The notes under the pieces were generated by a model. It saw nothing but the letters and a program-made list of their open reading frames with translations. It ran no database searches and was not told the DNA's origin. A stretch of 32,000 bases of DNA from Bacillus subtilis subsp. subtilis str. 168 (GTDB lineage Bacteria; Bacillota; Bacilli; Bacillales; Bacillaceae), in the NCBI RefSeq assembly GCF_000009045.1, contig NC_000964.3, positions 1,050,001-1,082,000 of the forward strand, written 5' to 3'. The translations under genes were made by a program, and so were the position numbers. Below, piece by piece: positions 9,205 to 20,110 of this stretch. Every line of letters starts with the position of its first letter. Within the stretch, counting starts at the first letter, position 1.

Positions 9205-10420
9205 ATCCCTGTTTTTTTGCGGGCTGAACCTCAGGCTTCCATTTAAATACCTTGTTCAGCAAGCGGTAAATTCGTTTTGATTCCTTTGTGACAAGCGGTC
9301 CCAAAATCGCCAGAATGAGGACATATAATGCGGCAAACGGCTTTAATGTGGCCGACAGTCCGCCGGCTATCCCGAGATTCGCAACGATAATCGAAAATTC
9401 TCCCCGCGATACGATCGTCAGCCCGATATTCGATGAAGCCTTATGAGAAAGCCCTGCGCGTCGTCCTGCCACCATTCCGGCGATAAAATTTCCCAGAATG
9501 GTCAAAATCACTGCACCCAACGCAAGCCAAACCGCTTCACCAAGCGAAAACGGATCGATGCTGAGGCCGAAGCTGAAAAAGAACATCGCACCGAAGAAGT
9601 CGCGAAACGGAACAACGAGGTGTTCAATCCTATCGGAATGCTCTGTTTCTGAAAAGACCAAACCGAGCAGCAGCGCGCCGATTGCTTCTGCTACATGAAT
9701 CGTCTCTGAAAAACCGGCGATAAAAAAGAGTGCTGCGAAAATGACGATAATAAACACTTCGTTTGAGCGAATGTCCAACAGTTTGTTCAACAGCGGCGGG
9801 AGTTTTCTTGCTGCGATAAAAAACAGCAGCATATAACCGAAGGCGATCAAAATGGACAAGAGTGCACTCCCTACGGATGTCGCATCACCTAGTATAAGGC
9901 CGGAAACAACGGACAGATATACGGCAAGGAAAATATCTTCAAACATGATGATGCCGAGAATCAATTCGGTTTCCGGGTTGGCGGTTCTTTTTAAATCAAC
10001 GAGCACTTTTGCGACAATCGCACTTGACGAGATTGTGATGACGCCTGCGAGGATGAGGACTTCCAGAAAGGAAAATCCGGTGATAAACCCGTAAAGCAGT
10101 CCGAGGCTGAAGTTAATCAAAATATAAATCGTCCCGCCGACCGCGATTGATTTTCCTGATTTGATTAACTTCCCGACAGAGAATTCGAGTCCGAGATAGA
10201 AGAGGAGGAACAGTACGCCCATTCGCCCGAAAAACTCGATGATTTCACTGCTTTGAATAAATGTTAGATCAATAATCCCCATTTTCGGCGCGTGCGGTCC
10301 AACAAGCATTCCCAGCACAATCAGAAACGGAATAATCGAAAATTTAATTTTATTGGCGATCACACTGGCGATTGCCACAAGCACAAGTGCAGTTCCGACT
10401 TCAAATACAAGATGGTCCAT
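9203..10420 (-). CDS. khtU: K(+)/H(+) antiporter subunit KhtU (CPA2 family), formerly YhaU
   Basis: 405-aa multi-TM CPA2 exchanger (FLLFYLGLEFSVGKLIKSGKS, ITISSSAIVAKVLVDLKRT, SRGEFSIIVANLG). Confidence 0.94.
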   Translation of the reverse strand: MDHLVFEVGTALVLVAIASVIANKIKFSIIPFLIVLGMLVGPHAPKMGIIDLTFIQSSEIIEFFGRMGVLFLLFYLGLEFSVGKLIKSGKSIAVGGTIYILINFSLGLLYGFITGFSFLEVLILAGVITISSSAIVAKVLVDLKRTANPETELILGIIMFEDIFLAVYLSVVSGLILGDATSVGSALLSILIAFGYMLLFFIAARKLPPLLNKLLDIRSNEVFIIVIFAALFFIAGFSETIHVAEAIGALLLGLVFSETEHSDRIEHLVVPFRDFFGAMFFFSFGLSIDPFSLGEAVWLALGAVILTILGNFIAGMVAGRRAGLSHKASSNIGLTIVSRGEFSIIVANLGIAGGLSATLKPFAALYVLILAILGPLVTKESKRIYRLLNKVFKWKPEVQPAKKQG

Positions 10421-10426
10421 CGGGGC

Positions 10427-10924
10427 TCACACGCCCTCTCCAGAAAGAAAATCGTGAATCAGTTTCTTCAGATGCTTTCTCTCACCTGAGAGGACAAGGG
10501 TGTCATTTTCTTCAATAATCGAATCCGCTCCGGGATTTAGGAGCTTTTCCTGGTTGTGTTTGATAATCGCAATAACAGTGACATCGTAATTCTGGCGAAC
10601 ATCAAGCTCACCGAGTGTGCGTCCGATCGATTTGGCGCCTTTTTCGACCTTAAACCATTCAATAATAAGATCGCTGAAGGCCATTTCGATGGACTCCAGA
10701 GCTTGCGGTTTATAGACCATGCCCCCGAGAATAGCTGCAATTTGCCTTGCTTCAGAATCATCCAATGAAATATTTGAAAGAAGCTCATCCGGGTCCCGGT
10801 CATTAAACCGGTAAATTTCCCTTCTTCCGTCATCATGAATGATAATCGTCATTTTTTCGTGGCTTCTTGTTTCGATTTCAAACTTTTTGCCGATGCCCGG
10901 CAGATCGTTTTCTTTAATATTCAA
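10427..10924 (-). CDS. khtT: Regulatory subunit KhtT (TrkA-C/RCK_C domain), formerly YhaT
   Basis: 165-aa ORF; C-terminal NPGADSIIEENDTLVLSGERKHLKKLIHDF is TrkA-C-like; located directly upstream of khtU in the same operon. Confidence 0.93.
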   Translation of the reverse strand: MNIKENDLPGIGKKFEIETRSHEKMTIIIHDDGRREIYRFNDRDPDELLSNISLDDSEARQIAAILGGMVYKPQALESIEMAFSDLIIEWFKVEKGAKSIGRTLGELDVRQNYDVTVIAIIKHNQEKLLNPGADSIIEENDTLVLSGERKHLKKLIHDFLSGEGV

Positions 10925-10987
10925 TGAAAATCCCTCCGAATGTAGTGTTGGCAGTATGGGGTGAGTTACAAATAAAACTTGAGCAAA

Positions 10988-11305
10988 TTATATTCGGAGG
11001 TAATTAGACTGGTATTTGACAGGGACGGCCAAAGCCTTTTCCAGCCTGTTTATCAGCGGTTCGTCAAGTGGTTTGACAGAGAGCTGCCTGACAGACTGCG
11101 CCAGCGGGCTGTACTCTTTGATCAGCTCAGCCGGGTGCATGCTGCCCGGCGATGGCGTTTTTGCCGATTGTGTTTCCTGCGGATATGAAGACATAGGCAC
11201 ATAGCTGTCAGTGCTTGCTTCAAACTGGGAAGGCAGAACCACGTCCGAAGGGGGAAAGTACACCATAAATAAACTTAACAGAAAACTGATCAGCAATTTA
11301 TCCAT
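10988..11305 (-). CDS. khtS: KhtS (YhaS), small protein of the kht operon
   Basis: ORF MDKLLISFLLSLFMVYFPPSDVVLPSQFEAS...; operon position; internal ATG at 11305 preceded by AGGAAAGG-type RBS. Confidence 0.85.
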   Translation of the reverse strand: MDKLLISFLLSLFMVYFPPSDVVLPSQFEASTDSYVPMSSYPQETQSAKTPSPGSMHPAELIKEYSPLAQSVRQLSVKPLDEPLINRLEKALAVPVKYQSNYLRI

Positions 11306-11490
11306 GTTCCTTTCCTCCCTTCTCATCAAGATATCCCTTCTTTTTCACTATATAAAACTTTATGTTTCCATTCAAACAATATGCATTTTTCAGTATCTAT
11401 TGACCTTGAAAAATAAAAAGGTTTATTTGGGGATGGCGGGGAATGTATAGGAGAAAGAAAAAAGTAAGCGCATACATGGAGGTGCTTTTA

Positions 11491-12258
11491 ATGGAGTTTG
11501 TTCAATATGCATGTAATGGGGCCGTTGCAGAGATTATCCTGAATCGGCCTGATGCCCATCACGCCCTGAATGAACAGATGCTGTCTGAATTGAAGGAGGC
11601 AGTCGAAATGGCGGCTGCAAGCGAGGCGCTCATCGTTCTCCTGAGAGGAAGCGGGAAAGGCTTTTCGGCCGGCGGTGATATCAGGATGATGACGTCAGAG
11701 CATGACCCTGACCAATTTAAACGGCTGATGGATACGATTGAGGCTGTCACCCTGAATTTATATCAGATGAAGAAAGTGACAATTGCAGCCATTCATGGTG
11801 CTGCTGCGGGACTGGGCCTGAGTTTGGCGCTTTGTGCGGACATTGTGCTCGCTGAAAAAAACGCCGTTCTCGCGATGAATTTTATCGGCATTGGGCTTGT
11901 TCCGGACGGCGGAGGACATTATTTGCTGAAGAAAAGAATCGGTGAAGCAAAAGCGAAAAAACTGATTTGGAGCGGAAAAAAACTATCTGCCTCGGAAGCT
12001 GCCGATATGGGGCTTCTTGATGGGACATTTGCCGGAGACCCTGCCGAAGGCGCAAGACCCATTATCGAAACCCTGTTGGCCTCCCCTCTTTTGGCGATGA
12101 TCGAAACGAAAGGTATTTTTCAAAGCCTCCAAATTGAAGAACTGAAAAAAGTGCTATCCCTTGAGCGCAGCGCCCAAGAGAGAATGAGAAGGACCAAGGA
12201 TCACCAAGAAGGAATCCGTGCCTTTTTAGAAAAACGGGAGCCGAAGTTTCAAGCGTAA
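11491..12258 (+). CDS. yhaR: Enoyl-CoA hydratase/isomerase family protein YhaR
   Basis: Crotonase fold signature AAIHGAAAGLGLSLALCADIVLAEKNAVLAMNFIGIGLVPDGGG; ATG at 11491 after GGAGGTG gives 255 aa. Confidence 0.92.
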   Translation: MEFVQYACNGAVAEIILNRPDAHHALNEQMLSELKEAVEMAAASEALIVLLRGSGKGFSAGGDIRMMTSEHDPDQFKRLMDTIEAVTLNLYQMKKVTIAAIHGAAAGLGLSLALCADIVLAEKNAVLAMNFIGIGLVPDGGGHYLLKKRIGEAKAKKLIWSGKKLSASEAADMGLLDGTFAGDPAEGARPIIETLLASPLLAMIETKGIFQSLQIEELKKVLSLERSAQERMRRTKDHQEGIRAFLEKREPKFQA

Positions 12259-12278
12259 CAGATCAGCCGGAAAGCTGA

Positions 12279-12464
12279 TCATCTGTGAAACAAAATCAGC
12301 TTTCCGGCTGCATTGACTAAACGATGAGTATGACTATGAAGCTCTTTTTCTTTTAAGAGGGCTTCACCATGCGTTTTTGCCGCTTCTTCATGTTCTGCCT
12401 CGAATTGCTCGTTTACCAGCGTGTTCCCCGAAGGATCAAATACGGTAAGGAAATAATCAGCCAT
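12279..12464 (-). CDS. yhzD: Conserved 61-aa protein, YhzD-like
   Basis: MADYFLTVFDPSGNTLVNEQFEAEHEEAAKTHGEALLKEKELHSHTHRLVNAAGKLILFHR; RBS AGGAGAAA upstream; symbol assigned from memory of the family and location. Confidence 0.65.
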   Translation of the reverse strand: MADYFLTVFDPSGNTLVNEQFEAEHEEAAKTHGEALLKEKELHSHTHRLVNAAGKLILFHR

Positions 12465-12590
12465 CAGGTTTCTCCTCCATTTTAAGGTTTATCAGTCTTT
12501 CTTCATTTATATTCTAAAAAGGAAATCAAAATCCTTTATTATGCTTTATCCAAAATTAGTATATAATGGGTCAGGGAAGGAGGAGATTCA

Positions 12591-13487
12591 GTGCTTACAA
12601 TTGATCACGTAACGAAGACATTTGGAGATTATAAAGCCGTTGACGGATTGGACTTAGATATTCCGGAACAGCAAATGTTCGGTCTATTAGGCGCAAACGG
12701 AGCGGGAAAAACAACAACGTTTCGCATGATCCTAGGATTATTAAGCATTACGGAGGGCTCAATCAGCTGGAAGGGCCGTCCTGTGAATTATCATATCAGC
12801 AACAAAATCGGTTATTTGCCGGAAGAGCGGGGCCTTTATCCGAAAATGAAGGTAAGGGATCAGCTCGTCTATCTTGCCAGATTAAAAGGGATGGAGAAGC
12901 GAGAGGCTGTAAAAGAGCTCGGGACATGGCTTGAACGCTTCAATATTACAGATTACGAGAATAAGAAGGTGGAAGAGCTTTCGAAGGGGAATCAGCAGAA
13001 AATCCAATTCATTTCGGCAGTTTTGCATAAGCCGGAGCTCCTGATTCTTGATGAACCATTCAGCGGCTTGGACCCTGTCAATGTTGAGCTGCTAAAAGAG
13101 GCCGTGATCTCGCTGAAAAACAGCGGTGTTTCTATTTTATTTTCAAGCCATCGGATGGAACATGTGGAGGAGCTTTGTGAGAACCTTTGCATATTGCAGA
13201 AAGGAAAACCGGTTGTACAAGGCAAGCTGAAGGAGATCAAGCGTTCTTTCGGTAAAAAGAATGTTACCATTCACTCCGATGACGATCTGCGCTTTTTGCA
13301 GTCCCATGAAGGCATTCTTCAATGGAAGGAAACGGCAGACGGCGTCAAGCTGCAGATTGCCAATGAAGACATTTCTCAAGAGATTTTTGCGATGCTCCAA
13401 GGAAAAGGGTTTATCAGAAAGTTTGAGCTTGAAGAGCCGTCACTGCATGATATTTTTATAGAAAAGGTGGGGGCCGTCTATGAATAA
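12591..13487 (+). CDS. yhaQ: ABC transporter ATP-binding protein YhaQ (NatA-like)
   Basis: Walker A GANGAGKTT, signature LSKGNQQK, Walker B LLILDEPFSGLDP. Confidence 0.94.
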   Translation: MLTIDHVTKTFGDYKAVDGLDLDIPEQQMFGLLGANGAGKTTTFRMILGLLSITEGSISWKGRPVNYHISNKIGYLPEERGLYPKMKVRDQLVYLARLKGMEKREAVKELGTWLERFNITDYENKKVEELSKGNQQKIQFISAVLHKPELLILDEPFSGLDPVNVELLKEAVISLKNSGVSILFSSHRMEHVEELCENLCILQKGKPVVQGKLKEIKRSFGKKNVTIHSDDDLRFLQSHEGILQWKETADGVKLQIANEDISQEIFAMLQGKGFIRKFELEEPSLHDIFIEKVGAVYE

Positions 13488-14739
13488 ATTTTGGATCATG
13501 CTTTCTCATACATACAAAAATAAGATTATGGCAAAATCCTTTATTATTTCGACTGTCATCACGGTGCTGCTTGTTTTAGTTGTAACGAATCTGGAGTCGA
13601 TCATTTCTTTGTTTCAAGGTGACGATGCGAAAGAAAAAATCGCCGTTGTTGATGAAACAAACGAATTATATCCGGTTTTTTCTAAGCAGCTGAAAGCGGT
13701 GGATACAGACGGCGATCTTGATGTGAAGCTGTCGAAGCAATCGGAGGATGAGGTCACAAAGCAAGTCAAAGATGAATCACTCGATGGCATGCTCATCATC
13801 AAACGAGATGAAAAAGGGACCATTTCAGGAACATATAAAGCGTTAACGATTTCTGATGAAAGCACGTATCAAACACTGCAGCAGGCGCTGACGCAAACCA
13901 AAACAGCTGTCGGAACAGCGGAGCTCGGCGTGTCGCAGGAAACGATTAGCAGCCTTTATGCGCCTGTTACTGTGGGGCAGAAGGCGCTGAAAGAAGGGGC
14001 AAAGTCTGAGGAAGAGCTTGGCCAGACGGTAGGGCTTGTTTACATTATGCTGTTCGTCATTTATTTCTCGGTGATTATGTATGCCAGCATGATAGCGATG
14101 GAGGTCGCAACCGAAAAATCTTCGCGAGTTATGGAAATCCTGATCTCAAGTATGCCGCCGATCCAGCAAATGTTTGCAAAGCTGCTTGGTATCGGGCTTG
14201 TCGGGATCACACAGCTTGCTATTATTATAGGAGCCGGCTCTCTGTCGCTTAAGCTGAACCAAAAGAGCGAAACGGCTTCATCTGTCGGCGGATTCCTTAA
14301 TTTGACCGACGTATCTGCAACCACTGTCATCTATGCTGTCATTTTCTTTTTGCTCGGATACTTTTTGTACGCGACACTTGCCGCGTTTCTCGGCAGTGTC
14401 GTCAGCAGAATAGAGGACGTGCAGCAAACGATCACGCCGATGACGCTTTTGGTTGTCGCCGGTTTTATGATCGCGATGTTCGGTTTGAATGCGCCTGACG
14501 CAGGATTTATTACGGTAACTTCGTTTATTCCGTTCTTTACGCCAATGATTATGTTCCTGCGCGTCGGCATGCTTGATATTCCGTTCTGGCAGGCGGCTGT
14601 CGGAATCGGAATCACACTGCTCACCATTGTCATACTGGCCGTTATCGGCGCCAGAATTTATAAAGGCGGTGTATTAATTTACGGCAATTCAAGCGCGTTC
14701 AAAGCGATCAAACAAGCGCTACGTTTAGCGAAAAACTGA
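13480..14739 (+). CDS. yhaP: ABC transporter permease YhaP (NatB-like)
   Basis: 419-aa membrane protein with SRVMEILISSMPPIQQMFAKLLGIG; overlaps the end of yhaQ by 8 nt. Confidence 0.93.
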   Translation: MNKFWIMLSHTYKNKIMAKSFIISTVITVLLVLVVTNLESIISLFQGDDAKEKIAVVDETNELYPVFSKQLKAVDTDGDLDVKLSKQSEDEVTKQVKDESLDGMLIIKRDEKGTISGTYKALTISDESTYQTLQQALTQTKTAVGTAELGVSQETISSLYAPVTVGQKALKEGAKSEEELGQTVGLVYIMLFVIYFSVIMYASMIAMEVATEKSSRVMEILISSMPPIQQMFAKLLGIGLVGITQLAIIIGAGSLSLKLNQKSETASSVGGFLNLTDVSATTVIYAVIFFLLGYFLYATLAAFLGSVVSRIEDVQQTITPMTLLVVAGFMIAMFGLNAPDAGFITVTSFIPFFTPMIMFLRVGMLDIPFWQAAVGIGITLLTIVILAVIGARIYKGGVLIYGNSSAFKAIKQALRLAKN

Positions 14740-14744
14740 TTGGA

Positions 14745-14772
14745 AAACAGCCTGGGGATTCTCAGGCTGTTT
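14745..14772 (+). terminator. Intrinsic terminator downstream of yhaP
   Basis: AAACAGCCTG - 8 nt - CAGGCTGTTT hairpin followed by CTTTATT. Confidence 0.75.
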
Positions 14773-14845
14773 CTTTATTGACAGAACGTGCATTCGCAAG
14801 AATTCGGTGCTAAAATAAGGGTACTTCATCCTGGAAAGGAGCAGA

Positions 14846-16072
14846 ATGTTGACTGATCTAACCTTTATTCATGCGGCAGATCTTCATCTTGACAGCCCGT
14901 TTTACGGGATATCGCATCTGCCGGAGCCGATTTTTGCCCGGATTAAAGAAAGCACGTTTGCAAGCGTGAGACATATGATAGACGCCGCAGTGAGAGAGCA
15001 CGTTGATTTCATTTTGCTTGCGGGAGATCTGTTTGATGAAGCCAATCGAAGCTTAAAGGCTCAGCTCTTTTTGAAAAAACAGTTTGAAAGACTCAGAGAG
15101 TGCGGAATTTCGGTATACGTCATCTTTGGGAATCACGATCATCTTGGCGGGGAGTGGACGCCGATTGAATGGCCTGAGAATGTCCATATTTTTTCGTCCG
15201 CTGTTCCAGAAGAAAAATCGTTTTTTAAAGAAGGCAGGCGCATAGCAAGCATTTACGGCTTCAGCTATCAAGCCAGAGCATTGATGGAAAACCAAGCCGC
15301 CCGCTATCGGAGATCAACTGACGCACCGTTTCATATCGGCATGCTCCACGGCACGCTGTCAGGATCTGAAGGACACGATCCGTATTGCCCGTTTACACAT
15401 GACGACCTCGTGAAAAGCGGGATGGATTATTGGGCGCTTGGCCATATACATAAACGCCAGGTTCTATCTGCCGAGCATCCGGCAGTCATTTACCCGGGAA
15501 ACACGCAAGCACGCCATATAAAGGAGACGGGAGATAAAGGCTATTATCTCGTTCATGTGACAAACGGAGATATATCTTATGAATTTCAGAGAGCGCATGA
15601 TGTCCTGTGGGAAAAAGCGGCGGTTGATGTGACGGAGGCAAAGAATATGACAGCCCTCTTCCAAATGGTGGAGGACACGTTTTCGAAGCTGCGGAAAAAG
15701 GGGAGCCCTGTTTGTGTAAGGCTTGTTTTACAAGGGACGGCGCCGGAATGGCTGCTGGAGGCGCCAAAAGGCACCTTGGATGAGTTTCTTGAAGCTCTTC
15801 AGGAACAAGAAGCGGAAGAGGAACGTTTCGTTTGGCCTCTTAGATTGGACGATGAGACAGAAAACGAAGCAAACCTAACAAACCTTGATCCTTTTTTTGG
15901 CGGTTTATTTGAAGACATTGATCGCAGCGATCTGTCAGACGTGCTGGAAGGGCTTGAGCGGCATCCAGTGTATAGAAGGCACGCGGACCGGTTTAGCCAA
16001 GAGGAGGTAAAGGAAATAAAAGAGCAGGCACAGATAATATTGAAAAGACAGCTTAAGGTGCTTGATACATGA
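14846..16072 (+). CDS. yhaO: Calcineurin-like metallophosphoesterase YhaO, SbcD/Mre11-like DNA exonuclease
   Basis: Phosphoesterase motifs IHAADLHLDSPFYG, LLAGDLFDE, VIFGNHDHLG, YWALGHIHKRQ, YPGNTQARH. Exact start codon (nt 14846/14847 region) taken from the ORF track. Confidence 0.92.
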   Translation: MLTDLTFIHAADLHLDSPFYGISHLPEPIFARIKESTFASVRHMIDAAVREHVDFILLAGDLFDEANRSLKAQLFLKKQFERLRECGISVYVIFGNHDHLGGEWTPIEWPENVHIFSSAVPEEKSFFKEGRRIASIYGFSYQARALMENQAARYRRSTDAPFHIGMLHGTLSGSEGHDPYCPFTHDDLVKSGMDYWALGHIHKRQVLSAEHPAVIYPGNTQARHIKETGDKGYYLVHVTNGDISYEFQRAHDVLWEKAAVDVTEAKNMTALFQMVEDTFSKLRKKGSPVCVRLVLQGTAPEWLLEAPKGTLDEFLEALQEQEAEEERFVWPLRLDDETENEANLTNLDPFFGGLFEDIDRSDLSDVLEGLERHPVYRRHADRFSQEEVKEIKEQAQIILKRQLKVLDT

Positions 16073-16076
16073 GGCG

Positions 16077-18968
16077 GTGACAGCTTTGCGAATTATATCT
16101 TTACATATCTACCAATACGGAAAATTTTCCAATCGGACCTTTGACTTTTCCGCCTCTCCTGTCCAAGTCATCTACGGATTAAATGAGGCAGGAAAAACGA
16201 CGATGATGTCATTCATTGAAAGCATGCTGTTCGGTTTTCCGAAAACGAAAAAGTATGAACCGAAAACAGGCGGTGTCTACGGCGGTGTTCTTGAAGCTGA
16301 ACATCCTGAGTATGGGGTGCTGAAGATCGAACGGACGAAAGGGACTGCCGAAAAACTAAGCGTGTACACAGAAAAGGGCGAAGTAAAGCAGGGAGATGTT
16401 TTAAAGCAGCTGTTCCAGGGCACAGACAGGTCGTTGTACAAAGCCATATATTCGTTCGACGTATTCGGGCTGCAGGAAATTCACGCCTTTAATCGGGACA
16501 AGATAGGGGAATTTTTGCTCTTTTCCAGCTTGTTTGGTGCTGAAGCCGTATCAAAGCTTGATTCAAGGCTGACGAAGGAAAGCGAAAGGCTCTATAAACC
16601 AAATGGGCGAAACCCTCAATTGAATCAGGAGCTGGAAACGCTTAAGCAGCTGGCAGTTAAGCTAAAACAGGCTGAAGCAGAGGAAGCGGGCTATCATCAG
16701 CTTCTCGAGGAAAAACGAACGCTTGAAGCCCGCCTTGCAGCCGCGGAAACCGAATTGAAAGAGACGGCGGGACATATCCGAATGATTGAGGGAGCGATTG
16801 AGCGAAAGCCGCTGCTAAATGAAAAAGCGACACTCGAACAGGTGATTGCAGAATTTCCGGAACACGCAGGACAATTTCCTGCTGACGGACTGCATCAGCT
16901 GGAAAAATATGAATCCCATCTTCACCCGAAATCAGCACAGCTTGAGGCGCTTCGGGTGAAGATGGCGGAGTTGGACAAACAGAGGCAAAAGCTTATCCCC
17001 GATAAAGAACTATTGGCGAAAGAAACGCTGATACAAGAGCTTTCGGCAGCGTTTCATATGTACCAATCCTGGGGAGAACAGCTGGCAGCCATTCAGGCAC
17101 AGCTGCGCCAGACGTCTGCGCAGACAGCGGCAGGGCTGGAACAGCTCAATAAAACGGATGAAAATGAGCTCCTGAATATGAACACCTCATATGATTATGA
17201 ATGGCAGCTTCAGCAAGCGGTGCAGCAATATGTACAGGCAAGAGACAGAAAACGGCAGCTTGACGAGACGTTTGAACTTGCCCGGCAAGAGCTGGAAGAC
17301 GCGGAAAAGGCCGTTCGTGCCGCTTCGTCCGCGATTCTTGAAAACAGCCAAAGAAAAGATAAAGAAGCAGCTCTTAGAGCATATGATGAAACACAGGGGC
17401 AGCACCAAGAGCAAGCGAAGCTCAGAGAACAGCTAACGTTTTTTGAAAGACAGCAGGCTAAACAGAAAAAGACTGTCATTGCAGCTGGTATGTTGTTCAT
17501 CGTTCTCTTTTCTCTGCTGCAGCAATGGATTCCCGCCATAAGTTTCGGCGCTGCACTTATTGTGTATTGGCTTGTTTCAGGAAAGTCGTCTTCTCGAAAC
17601 AGCCGAGAGACAAGACAGCCCATGACGGATATTTCACCAGCAGAAGCTGAAATGCTTAGAGAAGCGTTATGGGAGGATGACCGCAATAAGCAGCACCTTC
17701 TCACACAGCGTGCAGCGCTCCAGCAAAAAGAGGCGGCGTATGAAAGGGTCATCCAGCAGTTTGAACAGTGGGAAGCCGAAATGGCGCCGTCCTTTACACA
17801 GGTTGAGCGTTTTATGAATGAGCTCGGATTTAAGGAAGATCCATCATTTTTGCTTGATGCATACAGCTTAATGAAGGATGTTAAAAAAGAAGTGAAGAAA
17901 AAGCATGAGCTGACCATAGAAGCAGGCAGGCTGAAAAAGCACCGGAGAACATTCGAAGAACGCGTCAGTATGCTTCTTCCCGTGAATCAGAGTCAGGATA
18001 TCTCCATTTCGGACGCCCTTCACACATTGCGGAAAAACATTGAACGTGAAAAAGAAATTGAGAAGCAAAAAAAGGAAATTGAAACAGATATTCATTATAC
18101 AAAGGAACAGATGCTTGAACTTGAGCAAGAAATACAGTATTTCCACGCACAGATTGAACAGTTATTTGCCGCGGCTGCTGCAAAAGACAGAGATGCGTTT
18201 TTTGCCATAGCCGCCATCAGCAGGCAATTGAAGGATACGGAGAACAAGCTTCATCACGTAAACGCACAGCTTCAAGGCGGGTACCCGGAGGAACTTGAAC
18301 TGGCGGATTCCAATACGCTTTCTGAATTGAAAGATAAGCAATTTGTTGAGAATGAAAGAAAAGAGCGGCTGACTGAGGAGATCGAGCAGCTCCGCAGCCA
18401 AATCGCACTGCTCTCAGTCAAACAGGAACAATTAGAGGCTTCGGGAATGGTCTCAGACCTCAAGCTTCAAACCGAAATGCAAAAAGAACGTGTGAAAGAA
18501 ACGGCTAAAAAATGGGCCTCCATACAAATGGTCAAACAGGTGATCAGAAACAAATTGGAGCGGCATAAAAAAATCGAGCTTCCGCGCCTTCTGGAGACGG
18601 CAGGAGAATTTTTCCGTCCTCTGACTGACGGAAACTACCAAACCATTTATTTTTCCGAAACGGATGATTCGATCATGGTTATGCATCGCGATGGCACTGT
18701 CTATCATGCGGAAGAGCTGTCACAAGGGACGTGTGAACAGCTGTATACAGCGATCCGCTTTGCTTTGGCCGTTACGCGCCAGGGTGAGTCAAAGCTTCCG
18801 TTCCAGCTTGACGACAGTTTTGTTCATTTTGATCAGGAAAGGCTGAAACGTGTATTACATGTTCTGTATGATTTATCTGAAGGCGGTAGGCAGATTTTGT
18901 ATTTTACATGCCATGAGCACGTAAAAGATGCATTTCATAGCAGCCAAATCATCCATTTGGTGTCATAA
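16077..18968 (+). CDS. yhaN: YhaN, SbcC/Rad50-like AAA ATPase (963 aa with GTG start at 16077)
   Basis: Walker [24 protein letters not shown], long coiled coils, C-terminal signature [18 protein letters not shown] and Walker [14 protein letters not shown]. Confidence 0.93.
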   Translation: MTALRIISLHIYQYGKFSNRTFDFSASPVQVIYGLNEAGKTTMMSFIESMLFGFPKTKKYEPKTGGVYGGVLEAEHPEYGVLKIERTKGTAEKLSVYTEKGEVKQGDVLKQLFQGTDRSLYKAIYSFDVFGLQEIHAFNRDKIGEFLLFSSLFGAEAVSKLDSRLTKESERLYKPNGRNPQLNQELETLKQLAVKLKQAEAEEAGYHQLLEEKRTLEARLAAAETELKETAGHIRMIEGAIERKPLLNEKATLEQVIAEFPEHAGQFPADGLHQLEKYESHLHPKSAQLEALRVKMAELDKQRQKLIPDKELLAKETLIQELSAAFHMYQSWGEQLAAIQAQLRQTSAQTAAGLEQLNKTDENELLNMNTSYDYEWQLQQAVQQYVQARDRKRQLDETFELARQELEDAEKAVRAASSAILENSQRKDKEAALRAYDETQGQHQEQAKLREQLTFFERQQAKQKKTVIAAGMLFIVLFSLLQQWIPAISFGAALIVYWLVSGKSSSRNSRETRQPMTDISPAEAEMLREALWEDDRNKQHLLTQRAALQQKEAAYERVIQQFEQWEAEMAPSFTQVERFMNELGFKEDPSFLLDAYSLMKDVKKEVKKKHELTIEAGRLKKHRRTFEERVSMLLPVNQSQDISISDALHTLRKNIEREKEIEKQKKEIETDIHYTKEQMLELEQEIQYFHAQIEQLFAAAAAKDRDAFFAIAAISRQLKDTENKLHHVNAQLQGGYPEELELADSNTLSELKDKQFVENERKERLTEEIEQLRSQIALLSVKQEQLEASGMVSDLKLQTEMQKERVKETAKKWASIQMVKQVIRNKLERHKKIELPRLLETAGEFFRPLTDGNYQTIYFSETDDSIMVMHRDGTVYHAEELSQGTCEQLYTAIRFALAVTRQGESKLPFQLDDSFVHFDQERLKRVLHVLYDLSEGGRQILYFTCHEHVKDAFHSSQIIHLVS

Positions 18969-19041
18969 AAGAGGTTCTATAGCTGAAAATCGGTATGTGA
19001 TATACTGGTATTATGTAAGATACGGAGGGAGCTTTAATAGA

Positions 19042-19986
19042 ATGGCTAAAGGGATTATGCTACATGAGGTTGGCGAACAGGTGGACCAGTATCTATTGAT
19101 TAAATCCTCGACGAAAGGGATTGCAAGCAATGGAAAACCGTTTCTGACGCTGATGCTGCAAGACCAGTCAGGCGATATTGAAGCGAAGCTGTGGGATGCC
19201 AAGCAAAGTGATGAAGTGACCTATGCGCCGCAGACGATTGTCAAGGTCGTCGGCGATGTTCACCATTATCGCGGACGCACCCAGCTGAAGCTAAGAAATA
19301 TCAGACCGGTAAGCGAGCAAGAAAACGTCAATATTGATGATTTTTTAGAAACCGCGCCGATTCCGAAAAATGAAATGATGGATACCATCACTCAATATAT
19401 ATTTGAAATGAAAAATCCGAATATCCAGCGAATCACAAGGTTTTTGGTTAAAAAACACGAAGCTGAGTTTATGGATTATCCGGCGGCTACGAAAAACCAC
19501 CATGAGTTTGTCTCAGGTTTGGCGTATCATGTTGTCTCTATGCTGAACCTGGCGAAAGCAATAGCAGATTTATATCCTTCTCTTGATCGTGATCTGCTTT
19601 ACGCCGGTGTTATCCTGCATGATCTTGGAAAAGTGAAGGAGCTGTCCGGCCCTGTTTCCACTTCATATACGGTTGAAGGCAATTTGCTCGGCCATATTTC
19701 CATCATGGTGACAGAGCTTTCAAAAGCGGCTGAGGAGCTTCAAATCGATTCTGAAGAGGTGTTAATTCTTCAGCATTTGATTTTGAGTCACCACGGCAAA
19801 GCAGAATGGGGCAGCCCGAAACCGCCTATGGTGAAAGAAGCGGAAATTCTTCACTATATAGACAATCTGGATGCAAAAATGAATATGATGGACAGAGCGC
19901 TTGAGCGCGTGAAGCCGGGCGAGTATACTGAACGTGTATTTGCACTGGAAAACCGTTCCTTTTATAAACCGACATTTCATAAATAA
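19042..19986 (+). CDS. yhaM: 3'-to-5' exoribonuclease YhaM (OB-fold plus HD domain), 314 aa
   Basis: [51 protein letters not shown] (OB) and [15 protein letters not shown]...[12 protein letters not shown] (HD); ATG at 19042 after GGAGGGAG. Confidence 0.95.
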   Translation: MAKGIMLHEVGEQVDQYLLIKSSTKGIASNGKPFLTLMLQDQSGDIEAKLWDAKQSDEVTYAPQTIVKVVGDVHHYRGRTQLKLRNIRPVSEQENVNIDDFLETAPIPKNEMMDTITQYIFEMKNPNIQRITRFLVKKHEAEFMDYPAATKNHHEFVSGLAYHVVSMLNLAKAIADLYPSLDRDLLYAGVILHDLGKVKELSGPVSTSYTVEGNLLGHISIMVTELSKAAEELQIDSEEVLILQHLILSHHGKAEWGSPKPPMVKEAEILHYIDNLDAKMNMMDRALERVKPGEYTERVFALENRSFYKPTFHK

Positions 19987-19989
19987 CTT

Positions 19990-20029
19990 AAAAAGGACTG
20001 ATGCTGACATATTCAGCTCAGTCCTTTTT
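19990..20029 (+). terminator. Intrinsic terminator downstream of yhaM
   Basis: AAAAAGGACTGA...TCAGTCCTTTTT hairpin. Confidence 0.85.
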
Positions 20030-20110
20030 GATGCGTCTTTCCCGCACATAACTCGTCTCATTCCCGCATATGGTTAAGAATAAAGAATCTATGCAAAGGG
20101 GGAGGAGCCC

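Noticed and set aside
16657-18707. Multiple minus-strand ORFs opposite yhaN, including 235 aa at 17210..17917
   Set aside because: Low-complexity Ser/Cys-rich antisense shadows of a coiled-coil gene; no independent signals.
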